A stretch of DNA of 63,202 bases, counting the filler. It is 7 parts of 7 records of this genome, joined end to end, with 100 filler letters (N's around TTAATTAATTAA, not from the genome) between each part and the next. Parts side by side here need not be neighbours in the genome. Positions count along the whole stretch, not along the records: positions 35,632 to 40,695 come from SRR31147125_13548; positions 40,796 to 51,958 come from SRR31147125_13559; 5 more parts are not named here. One strand, written 5' to 3'. Made by a program: the position numbers and the translations under genes. The notes beneath the pieces are model-generated. The model worked only from the letters and a program-made list of their open reading frames with translations, was not told the DNA's origin and searched no databases. Positions 40,462 through 50,170 of the stretch are shown piece after piece (position 1 is the stretch's first letter; each line of letters begins with the position of its first letter).

Positions 40462-40695
40462 TCAAATAATGACAGAAAGCACATCTGACAAACAATTACA
40501 GTCTGCATATAAGAAAGGGCGCACGCCACTGGCCGCTATATTTCCACCACTCACACCGATAGCCGGAAAACCAGCCAATCTGATGGATATAATGCCAGCT
40601 GACGAGTCCTCAAGGCCAATAACTTTGTGCCTTTTATCCATGTCTATTCCCAATCCGATACGGGACGTTTCCGCGTACAACCACGGGTGGGGTTT
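40462..40695 (-). CDS. HAD-family hydrolase C-terminus (5' truncated)
   Basis: KPHPWLYAET...GLEDSSAGIISIRLAGF (HAD motifs III/IV). Confidence 0.75.
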   Translation of the reverse strand, partial: KPHPWLYAETSRIGLGIDMDKRHKVIGLEDSSAGIISIRLAGFPAIGVSGGNIAASGVRPFLYADCNCLSDVLSVII

Positions 40696-40795
40696 NNNNN
40701 NNNNNNNNNNNNNNNNNNNNNNNNNNNNNNNNNNNNNNNTTAATTAATTAANNNNNNNNNNNNNNNNNNNNNNNNNNNNNNNNNNNNNNNNNNNN
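40696..40795. other. Artificial contig-joining spacer
   Basis: 44 N + TTAATTAATTAA + 44 N. Confidence 0.99.
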
Positions 40796-40796
40796 C

Positions 40797-41081
40797 ATTG
40801 CCCCCTATGAAAAGACCCGGCGCCAGATCCGGCAGAGCATTGAGGCCCACGGGGGGTTTTTCGAGGTCCACGTGGCCACCCCCATCACCATCTGTGAAAA
40901 ACGGGACCGAAAAGGGATGTATGCCAAGGCAAAGGCCGGCCTGATCAAGGATTTTACCGGGGTGGACGACCCTTACGAGATTCCGGATGACCCTGAGATT
41001 TCCATTGATACCACCAACCTGACGCCGGATGAGGCGGTTCAGGAAATATTGCTGCTTTTAAGCGAAAAGGGGTTTGTGTAA
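40797..41081 (+). CDS. cysC: Adenylyl-sulfate kinase C-terminus (probably a sat-cysC fusion; 5' truncated)
   Basis: IAPYEKTRR...FEVHVATP...CEKRDRKGMYAKAKAG.IKDFTGVDDPYE.P. Confidence 0.88.
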   Translation: MAPYEKTRRQIRQSIEAHGGFFEVHVATPITICEKRDRKGMYAKAKAGLIKDFTGVDDPYEIPDDPEISIDTTNLTPDEAVQEILLLLSEKGFV

Positions 41082-41665
41082 TGAAAGATGTGAGCCAGGC
41101 AATGGCGGTTCTGTTCTGCGTCTTTGCAGGCGTTTTAGGGCTTGCAGGATGCGGGTCCGGCCCGGTGGGGGATGCTGCGGACACCGCCATTCAGGTCAAC
41201 GATGTCACCATTTCCACCGAAGAGTTCAACGCCTTGATCAAGATCCAAGCCTATACCGACCCGGAGATGAATATTTCCCGGGAGACCCGGCAGGAATATG
41301 TGGATTACCTCATCCGCAAGGAATTGATGATCCAGGAGGCCATCCGCCTTGAGATGGACCGGAAAGAGGAGTTCATCAATACCATTGAAACCTATTGGGA
41401 ATCCACCCTTATCAGAAGGCTTCTGGATCATAAAACCGCAGAACTGAGAAAAAGGGTCCTGATCAACGAAGACGAGATTCAGGCCTATTATGCCCGGCAC
41501 CAGGATGAGTTCGGCGGTCAGCCCTACGATGAGGTGAAATCTGCCGTAAAAAGCATTCTTGAGTCCGAGGCACTGGAAGCTGAGCTGGATGCCTGGACCA
41601 AGGCGCTTCGGGCCCAGGCTAAAATCAGCATTGATCCTTCCCTTGCCGGGACAGGAAAACCATAA
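41081..41665 (+). CDS. SurA N-terminal-like (EpsD/PrsA-type) lipoprotein
   Basis: Lipobox LAGC; VNDVTIS, LIRKELMIQEAIRL, EDEIQAYY, LRAQAKI. Confidence 0.75.
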   Translation: MKDVSQAMAVLFCVFAGVLGLAGCGSGPVGDAADTAIQVNDVTISTEEFNALIKIQAYTDPEMNISRETRQEYVDYLIRKELMIQEAIRLEMDRKEEFINTIETYWESTLIRRLLDHKTAELRKRVLINEDEIQAYYARHQDEFGGQPYDEVKSAVKSILESEALEAELDAWTKALRAQAKISIDPSLAGTGKP

Positions 41666-41679
41666 AGGGAGATAAGGAC

Positions 41680-42194
41680 GTGAATCCCAGGAAAAAAAGC
41701 AGACCGCCTTTAAACGCCGCCAATATTTTATTAAAAAGGATTTCCAGACCCGGTTTATCATCCAGTTTGTCCTCATCCTTGTGGCCGGAGGGCTCTTGTC
41801 CGTGGGCCTGACTTTTTTAAATACCCAGGGGTCTTTAACGGCGGTGTATGCCAACTCCAAGCTGACCATCCAGAACACCTCCCTTGCCATCATGCCCTCG
41901 GTGGTCTTTACCACTTTGATCACCACCCTGGCCTTGGGGGTCGTGGTTATTGTGGTCACCCTGCTGGTCTCCCATAAAATCGCAGGGCCCATGTTCCGCT
42001 TTGAAAAGGATATCAACCGGATTGCCCAGGGGGACCTGAAAAGCAGGATCAATATCCGCAAGGGGGACCAGTTTCAGGAAATGGCCATGGCCCTGAACAC
42101 CATGCTTGAGTCCATGGCCGACAGGCTCAATGCGGTCAGGGACGCGGCAGATGACCCGATGCGCAGCCGCATTGATGACCACTTCAAACTCTAA
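41680..42194 (+). CDS. Two-TM HAMP-domain membrane protein (frameshift in A-run near start)
   Basis: The frame of ORF 41781 extends upstream to KRRQYFIKKDFQTRF but has no start; GTG 41680 with RBS lies in another frame before an A7 run; SHKIAGPMFRF...RKGDQFQEMA HAMP motif. Confidence 0.72.
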
Positions 42195-42202
42195 CCGGCC
42201 CC

Positions 42203-42772
42203 ATGCTGAAAAAAACCTTTACAGCATATCTTCTGATCACCGTTGCCGCACTTATGGGCGCGTCCCCGGCCCTGGCCGCGCAGTGGAAGACCCTGAAAAC
42301 AAAATACCTCAACCTTCACTATCAGAGTGAGGGGCATCTAAATACCTTTGACAAAAAAATCGAGCCTGTGGAAAACCTGAGCAGCTTTTCCAATTTTTCC
42401 TCGGGCAGTTTTTACACGGGACCCCGGGGGGATCTTGCCAAAAAAGTGGATACCCTGGTGGAAAAAGTCCAGCTCATCCTGGATATGCGAAAACCCGTTA
42501 AAATCAACGTTCGCATTTATCCGGACAAAGAGAGTCTGAAAAAAGCCTACTTCCAGGTCTATAAAAAAAACAAAGATCTTCGGGCCTGGTATATCTTTGA
42601 ATACAACACCGTCTACCTCCAGGTGGGAGACCTGTTCTCCGGCATGCTGGCCCATGAAGTGGCCCACGCCGTTGTTGACCACTACCTGGATGTCCGCCCC
42701 CCCAGGGCCACTGCAGAAATTTTGGCCCGGTATGTGGACGCCCACCTTAACAGGGATGCCAAAGTCTATTAA
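42203..42772 (+). CDS. Secreted protein with HExxH motif (zincin-like)
   Basis: Signal peptide (ALA-AQ); GMLAHEVAHAVV...ATAEILA. Confidence 0.65.
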   Translation: MLKKTFTAYLLITVAALMGASPALAAQWKTLKTKYLNLHYQSEGHLNTFDKKIEPVENLSSFSNFSSGSFYTGPRGDLAKKVDTLVEKVQLILDMRKPVKINVRIYPDKESLKKAYFQVYKKNKDLRAWYIFEYNTVYLQVGDLFSGMLAHEVAHAVVDHYLDVRPPRATAEILARYVDAHLNRDAKVY

Positions 42773-42948
42773 AAAAAAGGTAAACCTTTAAGGGTTTCCC
42801 CGATAGCATTGCCTGAAAATCTGTGATCTATATCGGTATGGAAAATGCATCACTCTTCAACGTGCCCATGTTGATGTTACGATAAATTACGAATCAAATT
42901 ATTTCTATAAAAGAAATGAGAAAAGAAACTATTTCCAAGGAGGAAAAG

Positions 42949-43617
42949 ATGAAAGGTCTCAAACACGTCATTGTTATTTTATCCATGATTTTACTGGTCG
43001 CAGCACCCGGATTCTCAGCAACGGTATTAACCGATGCACAGATTGCCGAAATTGCGACCGTTGTAGAGGCCGGCGGGGATGTGACCCAGGCGGCCCAGGA
43101 TATGATGGCCGGAATCACCGCTGACCTGATTGCCCAGGGACTGACAGGAGATGAACTTCAGGCTCAGGTCTCGGCTGCCGTACAGGAAATGGCCTCAGGC
43201 CTTGATGCCGGGGCTGCCGGTTTTGCATCTGCCCTGTCAGGCATTGTTCAGGGCGCAGCCAGCGGCGCTGTCCAGGGGGTCAATCAGGCGGCCGGTAGTG
43301 ATCCCAACCTGGATGCAGGGGCTTTGACCGCCTCTGTTTCAAGCGGAACCGCAGGGGCTGTGTCAGCCATCGGGGCTGCCAATCCGGGGGTTGACACCGC
43401 AGGGCTTCAGGCCGCTGTAAACCAGGGGCTCTCGGAGCAGGGTGCTGATCCGGCCGAGCCCGAAGCCTTTGAACCGGCCGGCGATACCGCTGGCGATACC
43501 GGCGGTGACACTCCTGTGGTCACCCCAACGCCGGTAACCGCGCCCCAGGCCCCCACAATCGCTGATGCTCCGGCTGTAGAAACCCCTCCCACAGGAGATG
43601 ATATCGCCAGTAATTAA
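42949..43617 (+). CDS. Secreted acidic Ala/Gly-rich protein
   Basis: AAGGAGG RBS; signal peptide; the mature part has no Lys/Arg and ends in a Pro/Thr/Asp-rich tail. Confidence 0.7.
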   Translation: MKGLKHVIVILSMILLVAAPGFSATVLTDAQIAEIATVVEAGGDVTQAAQDMMAGITADLIAQGLTGDELQAQVSAAVQEMASGLDAGAAGFASALSGIVQGAASGAVQGVNQAAGSDPNLDAGALTASVSSGTAGAVSAIGAANPGVDTAGLQAAVNQGLSEQGADPAEPEAFEPAGDTAGDTGGDTPVVTPTPVTAPQAPTIADAPAVETPPTGDDIASN

Positions 43618-43651
43618 GAATTAATTCTAAGCAGACTCTAGAGGGAATACC

Positions 43652-44881
43652 ATGTTATTGAAAGACCGATCCATTCAAATTGTATACACCGCAGGGATGT
43701 TTATTCTGTTGACCCTGGTATTCAGCGGCGTTGCTTTTGCCCAGGGACGCGTTGTGATCAAACCCCATGTGGAAACCGGCTGGCAAATGGACAGCAACTT
43801 CCATAAATCCCAGACCAATGAGCGCAAGGTGGACACCTATTATGTCAAACCCGGTTTGGAACTGGGGTATACCACGGACAAGAGCTTGATTACTTTTGAC
43901 TATTGGGCAAAGGTTCTCTGGTATGACGACAGGGACGACAATGTGCCGGTCACCCAGAGAGCTGATGAGTACGATTACACCGAGCACATGGCTGATTTTA
44001 CAGCCCAGACCCAGGCCACGGAGCGGCTTTTACTGGGTATTGACAATATGTTCTGGAAAACCCGGGACCCGGCCAATGCCGATGACGACTCCAATGCCAC
44101 AGACCGGTATGAATATACCCTGAACAAGTTTACCCCCAGAATGCTGTATAATTTCGGGGATAAATTCGGACTGGGCCTTAAATACACCAATTTACTCACC
44201 GACTATCAGGACGATGCCACGGGCCAGGGAGAAGACTCCGACGAAAACCGGGGGACCCTGACCTTTTACTATTATTTTAACTCAAAAACCTCCTTTGACC
44301 TGGATTACCAGTATTGGCAGAGGGATTACGATAAGACCACGGAAGATTACGATGCCAACCAGATCATGGTCAATGTGAACAGACAGTTCAACTTTTTTAC
44401 CATGGGGGCCGGGGCCGGTTACCAGAAAAGGGATTTTTCCAATGCCGCCAACGTGGCCAACGGTGATATGAGCCAGTTTGTATGGAAAGCCTATGTCATG
44501 GGCCAGAATCCCCCGGATGCCGTATCCAAGCCCAGAAGCTATATGTATGTCTCCGTGGGCAACGACCTGAACGACAATGGAACCGGCAACAGCTATTATG
44601 CGTCCACCCGGGTGGATGCCGTGTTTTCCTATCTGTTCATGGAGCGCTTAAAGTTCACCCTGGACGGATATTACCAGCAGGCGGACTATGAGACCTCCAC
44701 CAGGGAGGATGACCGCTGGTACGCCGCCCTTGGCCTGGATTATTTTATGTTCAACGATATCTTGAGCATCGGCGTCAAAGGCGGGATGGAAGAGCGGGAT
44801 TCCAACGATAATACCAAGGATTTTGACAATGATTTTGTCATGGTCAATATAAAACTCGCCTACGATATGGGGTCTAAGTAA
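43652..44881 (+). CDS. Outer-membrane beta-barrel of EPS loci (BBP2/EpsL-like)
   Basis: Signal peptide; IKPHVETGWQMDSNF, KPGLELGY, RDSND...FDNDFVMVNIKLAY; lies directly upstream of wza. Confidence 0.75.
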   Translation: MLLKDRSIQIVYTAGMFILLTLVFSGVAFAQGRVVIKPHVETGWQMDSNFHKSQTNERKVDTYYVKPGLELGYTTDKSLITFDYWAKVLWYDDRDDNVPVTQRADEYDYTEHMADFTAQTQATERLLLGIDNMFWKTRDPANADDDSNATDRYEYTLNKFTPRMLYNFGDKFGLGLKYTNLLTDYQDDATGQGEDSDENRGTLTFYYYFNSKTSFDLDYQYWQRDYDKTTEDYDANQIMVNVNRQFNFFTMGAGAGYQKRDFSNAANVANGDMSQFVWKAYVMGQNPPDAVSKPRSYMYVSVGNDLNDNGTGNSYYASTRVDAVFSYLFMERLKFTLDGYYQQADYETSTREDDRWYAALGLDYFMFNDILSIGVKGGMEERDSNDNTKDFDNDFVMVNIKLAYDMGSK

Positions 44882-44908
44882 GATCTGAACCCGGTTTGTA
44901 GAATCTTG

Positions 44909-44949
44909 AAAAATAATGGTGCAAATTCAATTTTGTACCATTATTTTTT
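44909..44949 (+). terminator. Hairpin with U-tract between the barrel gene and wza
   Basis: AAAATAATGGTGCAAA-loop-TTTGTACCATTATTTTTT. Confidence 0.5.
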
Positions 44950-44976
44950 GTTCAAATTGCCAGAGATGGAAGGCCC

Positions 44977-45887
44977 ATGTCTAATTTTTTTAAAAAATAA
45001 AGTCCTTAAGCGTTTTTATTTCAGTCCTTTTCCTTGGCGCCACTGCCCTGTTTGCGGCAGGGCCGGATGATGCCGGTTACCGCCTGGGCCATGACGATAT
45101 TCTGGTTATTTCCATTCTGGCCGGCGGGGAAGAGCAGGTCAAAACGGAAATGGTGGTGGGGACCAACGGCAGCGTTAATGTGCCCTTTATCGGCAAGATC
45201 AAGGCCAATGGCCTCACCCTGGACGAGCTGGAGCATGCTGTTATGCAGCCTTTGGAAAGGGATTTTTTCGTGGATCCCCAGGTGCATCTTCAGATCAAGG
45301 AGTACCACAGCCTGCAATTTTTTATCTCCGGGGCCGTAAAAAACCCGGGCAAGTTCTCACTGGACTATACCCCCAGGGTCATGGATCTTGTGGCCAATGC
45401 CGGCGGGGTGCTGCCCGAGCGGGGGAACCTGGCCTATATCCTGCGGGGGGTAAAAGAGTACCAGCTAAACGAGCAGGAACTGGACCGCATGACCGAGAAT
45501 GCACAGGGTGGTCCCATTAAAATCGATCTGATCCGGCTTCTGGATAAAGGGGATATGACGGAAAATATCCGCCTTGAATCCGGGGACACCGTGTATATCC
45601 CCCTGGGCACCAGCCTGAACCAGGCCGCCACAAAGGTCTATGTTCAAGGAGAGGTCAAGGAGCCGGGAATCATTGACTACCAGCCAGGCCTGACAGCGCT
45701 GGCTGCCTGCATCATGGCCGGGGGCTTTGATAAATTTGCCGCCCCCAACCGCGCCAGGATCATCCGCAAGACTTCGGGCGGACAGGAAACCATCAAGATC
45801 AACCTGGACAAGGTCATTGCAGGGGACATCCCGGACCTGCCCCTTAATCCCGGAGACCGCATTCATATCCCTGAATCCTGGCTGTAA
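44977..45887 (+). CDS. wza: Polysaccharide export protein (Wza/OPX, Poly_export + 2 SLBB; frameshift in T7A6 run near start)
   Basis: The frame of ORF 45150 extends upstream through a signal peptide and YRLGHDDIL; ATG 44977 with GGAAGG RBS is out of frame; GAVKNPG, GEVKEPG, LNPGDRIHIPES. Confidence 0.85.
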
Positions 45888-45903
45888 TCATTTAGGAGCA
45901 CCA

Positions 45904-47390
45904 ATGGAAGACGACCCCATCCTGGAAAAAGAGATCCATATCTCAGACTATCTCATGGTCCTGCTCAAGCGGCGGACCATTATCATCGCCTTTTTCATAT
46001 TTACCTTGACTGCGGTGGTGCTCTTCACCTTTTTAAGCACCCCCATCTACCAGAGTACGGCCAAGCTCATCATTGACAAGGAGAGTTCCTCCTTCTCCCA
46101 TCACCGGCGAGCTGGGTGGACTATGAAAATTATATGTCCCAGTCCATGACCTTTAACACCCATTTCAAGCTTATCCAGTCCCTGCCGGTCATCGATAAAA
46201 TGATCGACACCCTGGACCTGGAAAATGAGGCAGAAGATCTTCAGGTCAATCCGGTCAAAGAGATGGTGGCTCAGTTCAAGGCCAATATCAAGCTGCTGCT
46301 CAAGTCCGGGCCCGAAGAAATTTCCCCCCATGAAAAGCGGATGCAATTGGTGGAAACGGTCAGGGAAAAGATCAATATCGGCCAGGTCCGGGACACCCGG
46401 CTTCTGACCATCAACGTCAAGGATAAAAATCCAAAACTGGCCTCAGACATGGCCAATACCCTGGCCGGTAAATATATTGAGTTTAACCTGGCCAATAAGA
46501 TGGAGTCCTCCAAGCAGACCCTGGCCTGGCTCAACGACGAGCTTTACGGCCTGAGGAAAAAGCTGGAGGATGCGGAAAAAGCCTTTCTGGAGTATAAGCA
46601 GGCCAATAAGGTTTTTTCCATCACCGGCAAGCAAAAGGTGGCTGAGCAAAAGATCCAGGAGTTCAACAATCGCTATCTTGAGGCCAGAAACCGCCGCCTG
46701 GAGCTGGACGCCAAAATCACGGAACTGACCGCCCATATCCGCAGCAACAAGGGCCTGGCCAATGTCAGGTCATTGGTGGACAATCCCATGATCGACACCA
46801 TCTATGCCAAGATCGTGGACCTGGAGCTGGATCTGACCCGCAAATCCAAGGTCTTCAAGTCCAAGCATCCCCAGATCGTCCAGCTGAAAAGTGAGCTTAC
46901 CAAAAGCCGGACCCGCCTGAAAGAGGAGATCCTAAAGGAGTTGTCCAACCTCAAATCCGAGCGCAAGGTCCTGTTAACCCGGGAGCGCACCATGGAAAAG
47001 ACCATTTCCGATTTTGAGTCCGACGCCCTGGACACCTCAAGCAAGGAGCTTAAATACACCATACTCCAGCGCAACGTGAACACCTCCCAGAATCTTTACG
47101 ATCTCATGGTTTCCAAGGTCAAGGAGTCCAATATCCTCCAGACCAGCGACACCTCCAATATCCGGATGGTGGAGGCGGCCCAGTTGCCTGTGGATCCGGT
47201 CTCCCCCAAGAAGATGAGAAATATTCTTCTTGGCGCGGTTCTTGGGCTGTTCGGGGGGATCGGCCTGGCCTTTTTCCTTGAATATATGGACCAGACCGTG
47301 CGCAAGGAAGACGATATCCGCCAATACTTTAACCTGCCGGTGCTGGCTGTGGTTCCCGAAGCAGACCGGTCTGAAACCTACGGAGCCTGA
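45904..47390 (+). CDS. Polysaccharide co-polymerase (Wzc N-terminal/GumC-like; frameshifted at ~46093-46115)
   Basis: EIHISDYL..LLKRR, TM, PIYQSTAKL in the first frame; coiled coil, HPQIV, PVSPKK..N, TM, LPVLAVVP in the second. Confidence 0.87.
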
Positions 47391-47395
47391 ACCTG

Positions 47396-48625
47396 ATGTT
47401 TTCCAAATCCAAAGAAAAAGAATTGCTCCAGGATAAAGAAATTCTTTTAAGCCAGTTTCCCTCCTCCTCCAGATTTGCCGAATCCTACCGGACCCTGAGG
47501 ACCAATTTGTTTTTCTCAGTCATGGAAAAGAACCTGAGCGCCGTTGTGGTGACAAGTTCCGTGGAAGGGGAGGGCAAGACCACCACCTGCGTGAACCTGG
47601 GGTACTCCGTGGCCCAGGCCGACCGCAGGGTGCTTCTGGTGGATATGGACCTGCGCCGCCCCCATTTAACCAACCTCTTTGGCATGAGAAAGGAAACCGG
47701 GGTCTCGGACCTGGTCACCGAGGTGTTCGGCACCCATTTGACCCAGGGGGTTTTAGAGTCCTTTTCCATAGACGATCTCATCGAACTGACCCGGCTGCAG
47801 GCCCGGACCTGCCGCCTGGACCTGGACGGAGAAAAAAACCAGGTGGCCGTGTTCTTTGATAAGGGAAAGATCGTTGATATTTATTGGAAAAACCGGCCCG
47901 ACACCAAGAAACTGGCCAACAGCCTGATCCGGGACGATCTTCTCTCGGAAAAAGAGGCCCGGGTGGCCCTGGGACATCAGAAAAAATCCATCCAGCGCCT
48001 GGGCACCATTCTCTACACCATGGGCTTTGTCTCCAAAAAGGATCTTGCCAAGGCCCTGTCCATGCACACCATTGAGGCCATCAAAGCCTTGAGCGGTATT
48101 GAGCAGGGGCATTTTGCCTTTTCCCAGATCTCCCGGGAGGAACTGGGCCTGTCCATCTCCCAGAACCTGGATTTTCAAAAGCTTTACATGGAGTTCAACA
48201 TCGGCAGGGGGGAAAAAGGCTATATCCGAACCGCTGTTGAGGCTGCCGTGCGTCCCACGGGAATCCCCAACCTCTCCCTGCTGCCCGCAGGATTTGTCCC
48301 CCCCAATCCGGCCGAGCTGGTGGGGTCCGAGCGGAACCGCTTTCTCATTGACCTGCTCAAGGAGATGTATGATTTTATCATCATTGACACCCCCCCGGTC
48401 ATGCCGGCCACAGATGCGGTGCTCATCTCTCCCAGAACCGACGGCACCATTTTGGTTATCCGCTCAGGCCATGCCGAGAAAAAAATTATCCAGGACTGTC
48501 TGTCCCAGTTTGAAACCGCCAATACCCCGGTCATAGGCTCTGTGCTCAACCGGGTCAATATGAAATCAGAAGGGTATTATAGATACTATAAAAAGTACTA
48601 TGCCTCCTACTATGGGCAAAATTAA
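47396..48625 (+). CDS. BY-kinase (CpsD/CapB family) with internal DUF4388-like insertion
   Basis: AESYRTLRTN, Walker A GEGKTT, DMDLRRP, Walker B IIIDTPP, Tyr cluster YYRYYKKYYASYY; ~165 extra residues between A' and B. Confidence 0.88.
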   Translation: MFSKSKEKELLQDKEILLSQFPSSSRFAESYRTLRTNLFFSVMEKNLSAVVVTSSVEGEGKTTTCVNLGYSVAQADRRVLLVDMDLRRPHLTNLFGMRKETGVSDLVTEVFGTHLTQGVLESFSIDDLIELTRLQARTCRLDLDGEKNQVAVFFDKGKIVDIYWKNRPDTKKLANSLIRDDLLSEKEARVALGHQKKSIQRLGTILYTMGFVSKKDLAKALSMHTIEAIKALSGIEQGHFAFSQISREELGLSISQNLDFQKLYMEFNIGRGEKGYIRTAVEAAVRPTGIPNLSLLPAGFVPPNPAELVGSERNRFLIDLLKEMYDFIIIDTPPVMPATDAVLISPRTDGTILVIRSGHAEKKIIQDCLSQFETANTPVIGSVLNRVNMKSEGYYRYYKKYYASYYGQN

Positions 48626-50165
48626 AAGAATCGCAAAGATAGCCTGCCTGGGATTTCTCTGCGGTTTTTTATTTTTCCACAGCTTTTTATTTGCCGCCAG
48701 ATTGCTCTACCAGTCCGGGGTCAACAGCATGCACGATGAGCAGTGGGACAAGGCCTTGACCGCTTTTGACAGGGCCCAGGCCTGCCTGCCCTTTTTCATT
48801 CCAAAGGCCTATACCCTTCAGGACCGGTTCAGAATTCTCGGGAAAACAGGCCAGGCCCTCAATGAAAAGGCCCTGGCCAGCCTCAAGGAAAAGGGGGTGA
48901 CCATCTGGGCCTTGACCACCTACCGCCAGTCAAAAAAGGCCCTTGAACAGGCTGTGGCCATCAATCCTGAGGTCTATGTCCCGGCCTATTGGCTGGCCAG
49001 GACCCAAAATTCCCTGGAGCTGCTCTACCCCATGCTTTTCCCGGGAAAAGAAAATCCCTACAATGCCGATCCCTACTATAAAAACGCCATCCGGCTCTGG
49101 CCCAACGGCATCACCGGCCATTACTCCTATGCCAGATACCTGGCTGCCACAGGGCAGCAGGCCGCCCTGTCCGCCACCTTGACCCGCATGGCCGAAATTT
49201 TCCCCGCCTCATACAATTATTTGAAAAAAGAGGATTTTTTCACCTTTGATCTTATGCTGGATATGGAAACAGGGCTTAACAAGGCCCTGGCTGACAACAC
49301 CAATCCCAGAGAAGCCCTCCAGGCCCTGGCTGATATTTATTCGGAAAAAAAGGAAAATGAAAAGGCGGTCCAGTCCTATGAAAAAAGCCTGTCCATCCGG
49401 CGCTTTGCCAATACCCCAAGAAATTTCATAAGAATGGGGCAATTGCTGCTCAAGGCGGGCCGGGGCAATGAGAGCACCCCATGGTTTTTCAAGGCCCTGA
49501 AAACCTCTCCGGAGTTTGAAAAGACCCTGAACAGGGTGTTTCATATCCATAAAAGGCAGAACCATCTCAAGGCCTTTATCAAATTGGCCCTGGATTATAA
49601 AAAGCATTCCACTGCTGAATCCCCCCTGGAAATCGCCATTGCCCGGGCCTGGATGGCCCTGGATAATCCGGGCATGGCCAAGGTCCACCTGGTCAGGATG
49701 AATGAAAAAAAGGAAACTGCCCGGGCCTCTTATCTGCTGGCTAAAATTGCCGAGCAGGAAAAAGACCTGGACCAAATGGAGCTTCTCTCCCAGAGGGCCT
49801 TGGTTCTGGACAAGGAAAACCCGGATTATGAGTATCTTTTTTCCAGGGCCTTATATGCCCAGAAAAAATATGATGCCGCCCAAAACGCCGCCACCCGGGC
49901 TATAGAAAAACTGGACAAGGCCAATCCCTGGTATTTCAGCCATCGGGCCTGGACCCGGTGGCAGCTAAAGCAATATGAAAAAGCCATTGTTGACTGGAAA
50001 AGGGCCTTTGACATCAAAAAGGATTATGCAGCCTATCCCTTTTGGATCGCCCGGGCCTATGCCAGGGAAGGCATGAAAAAAGAAGGGCAACGCTATATCC
50101 AAAAAGCCCTGGCCCTGGACCCTGACAACCCGGACTTTATAAAATTGGCAGAAAACTTGAGATAA
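48612..50165 (+). CDS. Membrane-anchored TPR protein
   Basis: N-terminal TM; many TPR-like repeats (AVAINPE, ALVLDKEN, ALALDPDN). Confidence 0.82.
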   Translation: MGKIKRIAKIACLGFLCGFLFFHSFLFAARLLYQSGVNSMHDEQWDKALTAFDRAQACLPFFIPKAYTLQDRFRILGKTGQALNEKALASLKEKGVTIWALTTYRQSKKALEQAVAINPEVYVPAYWLARTQNSLELLYPMLFPGKENPYNADPYYKNAIRLWPNGITGHYSYARYLAATGQQAALSATLTRMAEIFPASYNYLKKEDFFTFDLMLDMETGLNKALADNTNPREALQALADIYSEKKENEKAVQSYEKSLSIRRFANTPRNFIRMGQLLLKAGRGNESTPWFFKALKTSPEFEKTLNRVFHIHKRQNHLKAFIKLALDYKKHSTAESPLEIAIARAWMALDNPGMAKVHLVRMNEKKETARASYLLAKIAEQEKDLDQMELLSQRALVLDKENPDYEYLFSRALYAQKKYDAAQNAATRAIEKLDKANPWYFSHRAWTRWQLKQYEKAIVDWKRAFDIKKDYAAYPFWIARAYAREGMKKEGQRYIQKALALDPDNPDFIKLAENLR

Positions 50166-50170
50166 AAAAC

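Noticed and set aside
41135-42061. 308-aa minus-strand ORF and the many other overlapping ORFs in the GC-richer contig
   Set aside because: Antisense or alternate-frame shadows of recognisable plus-strand genes; no motifs.
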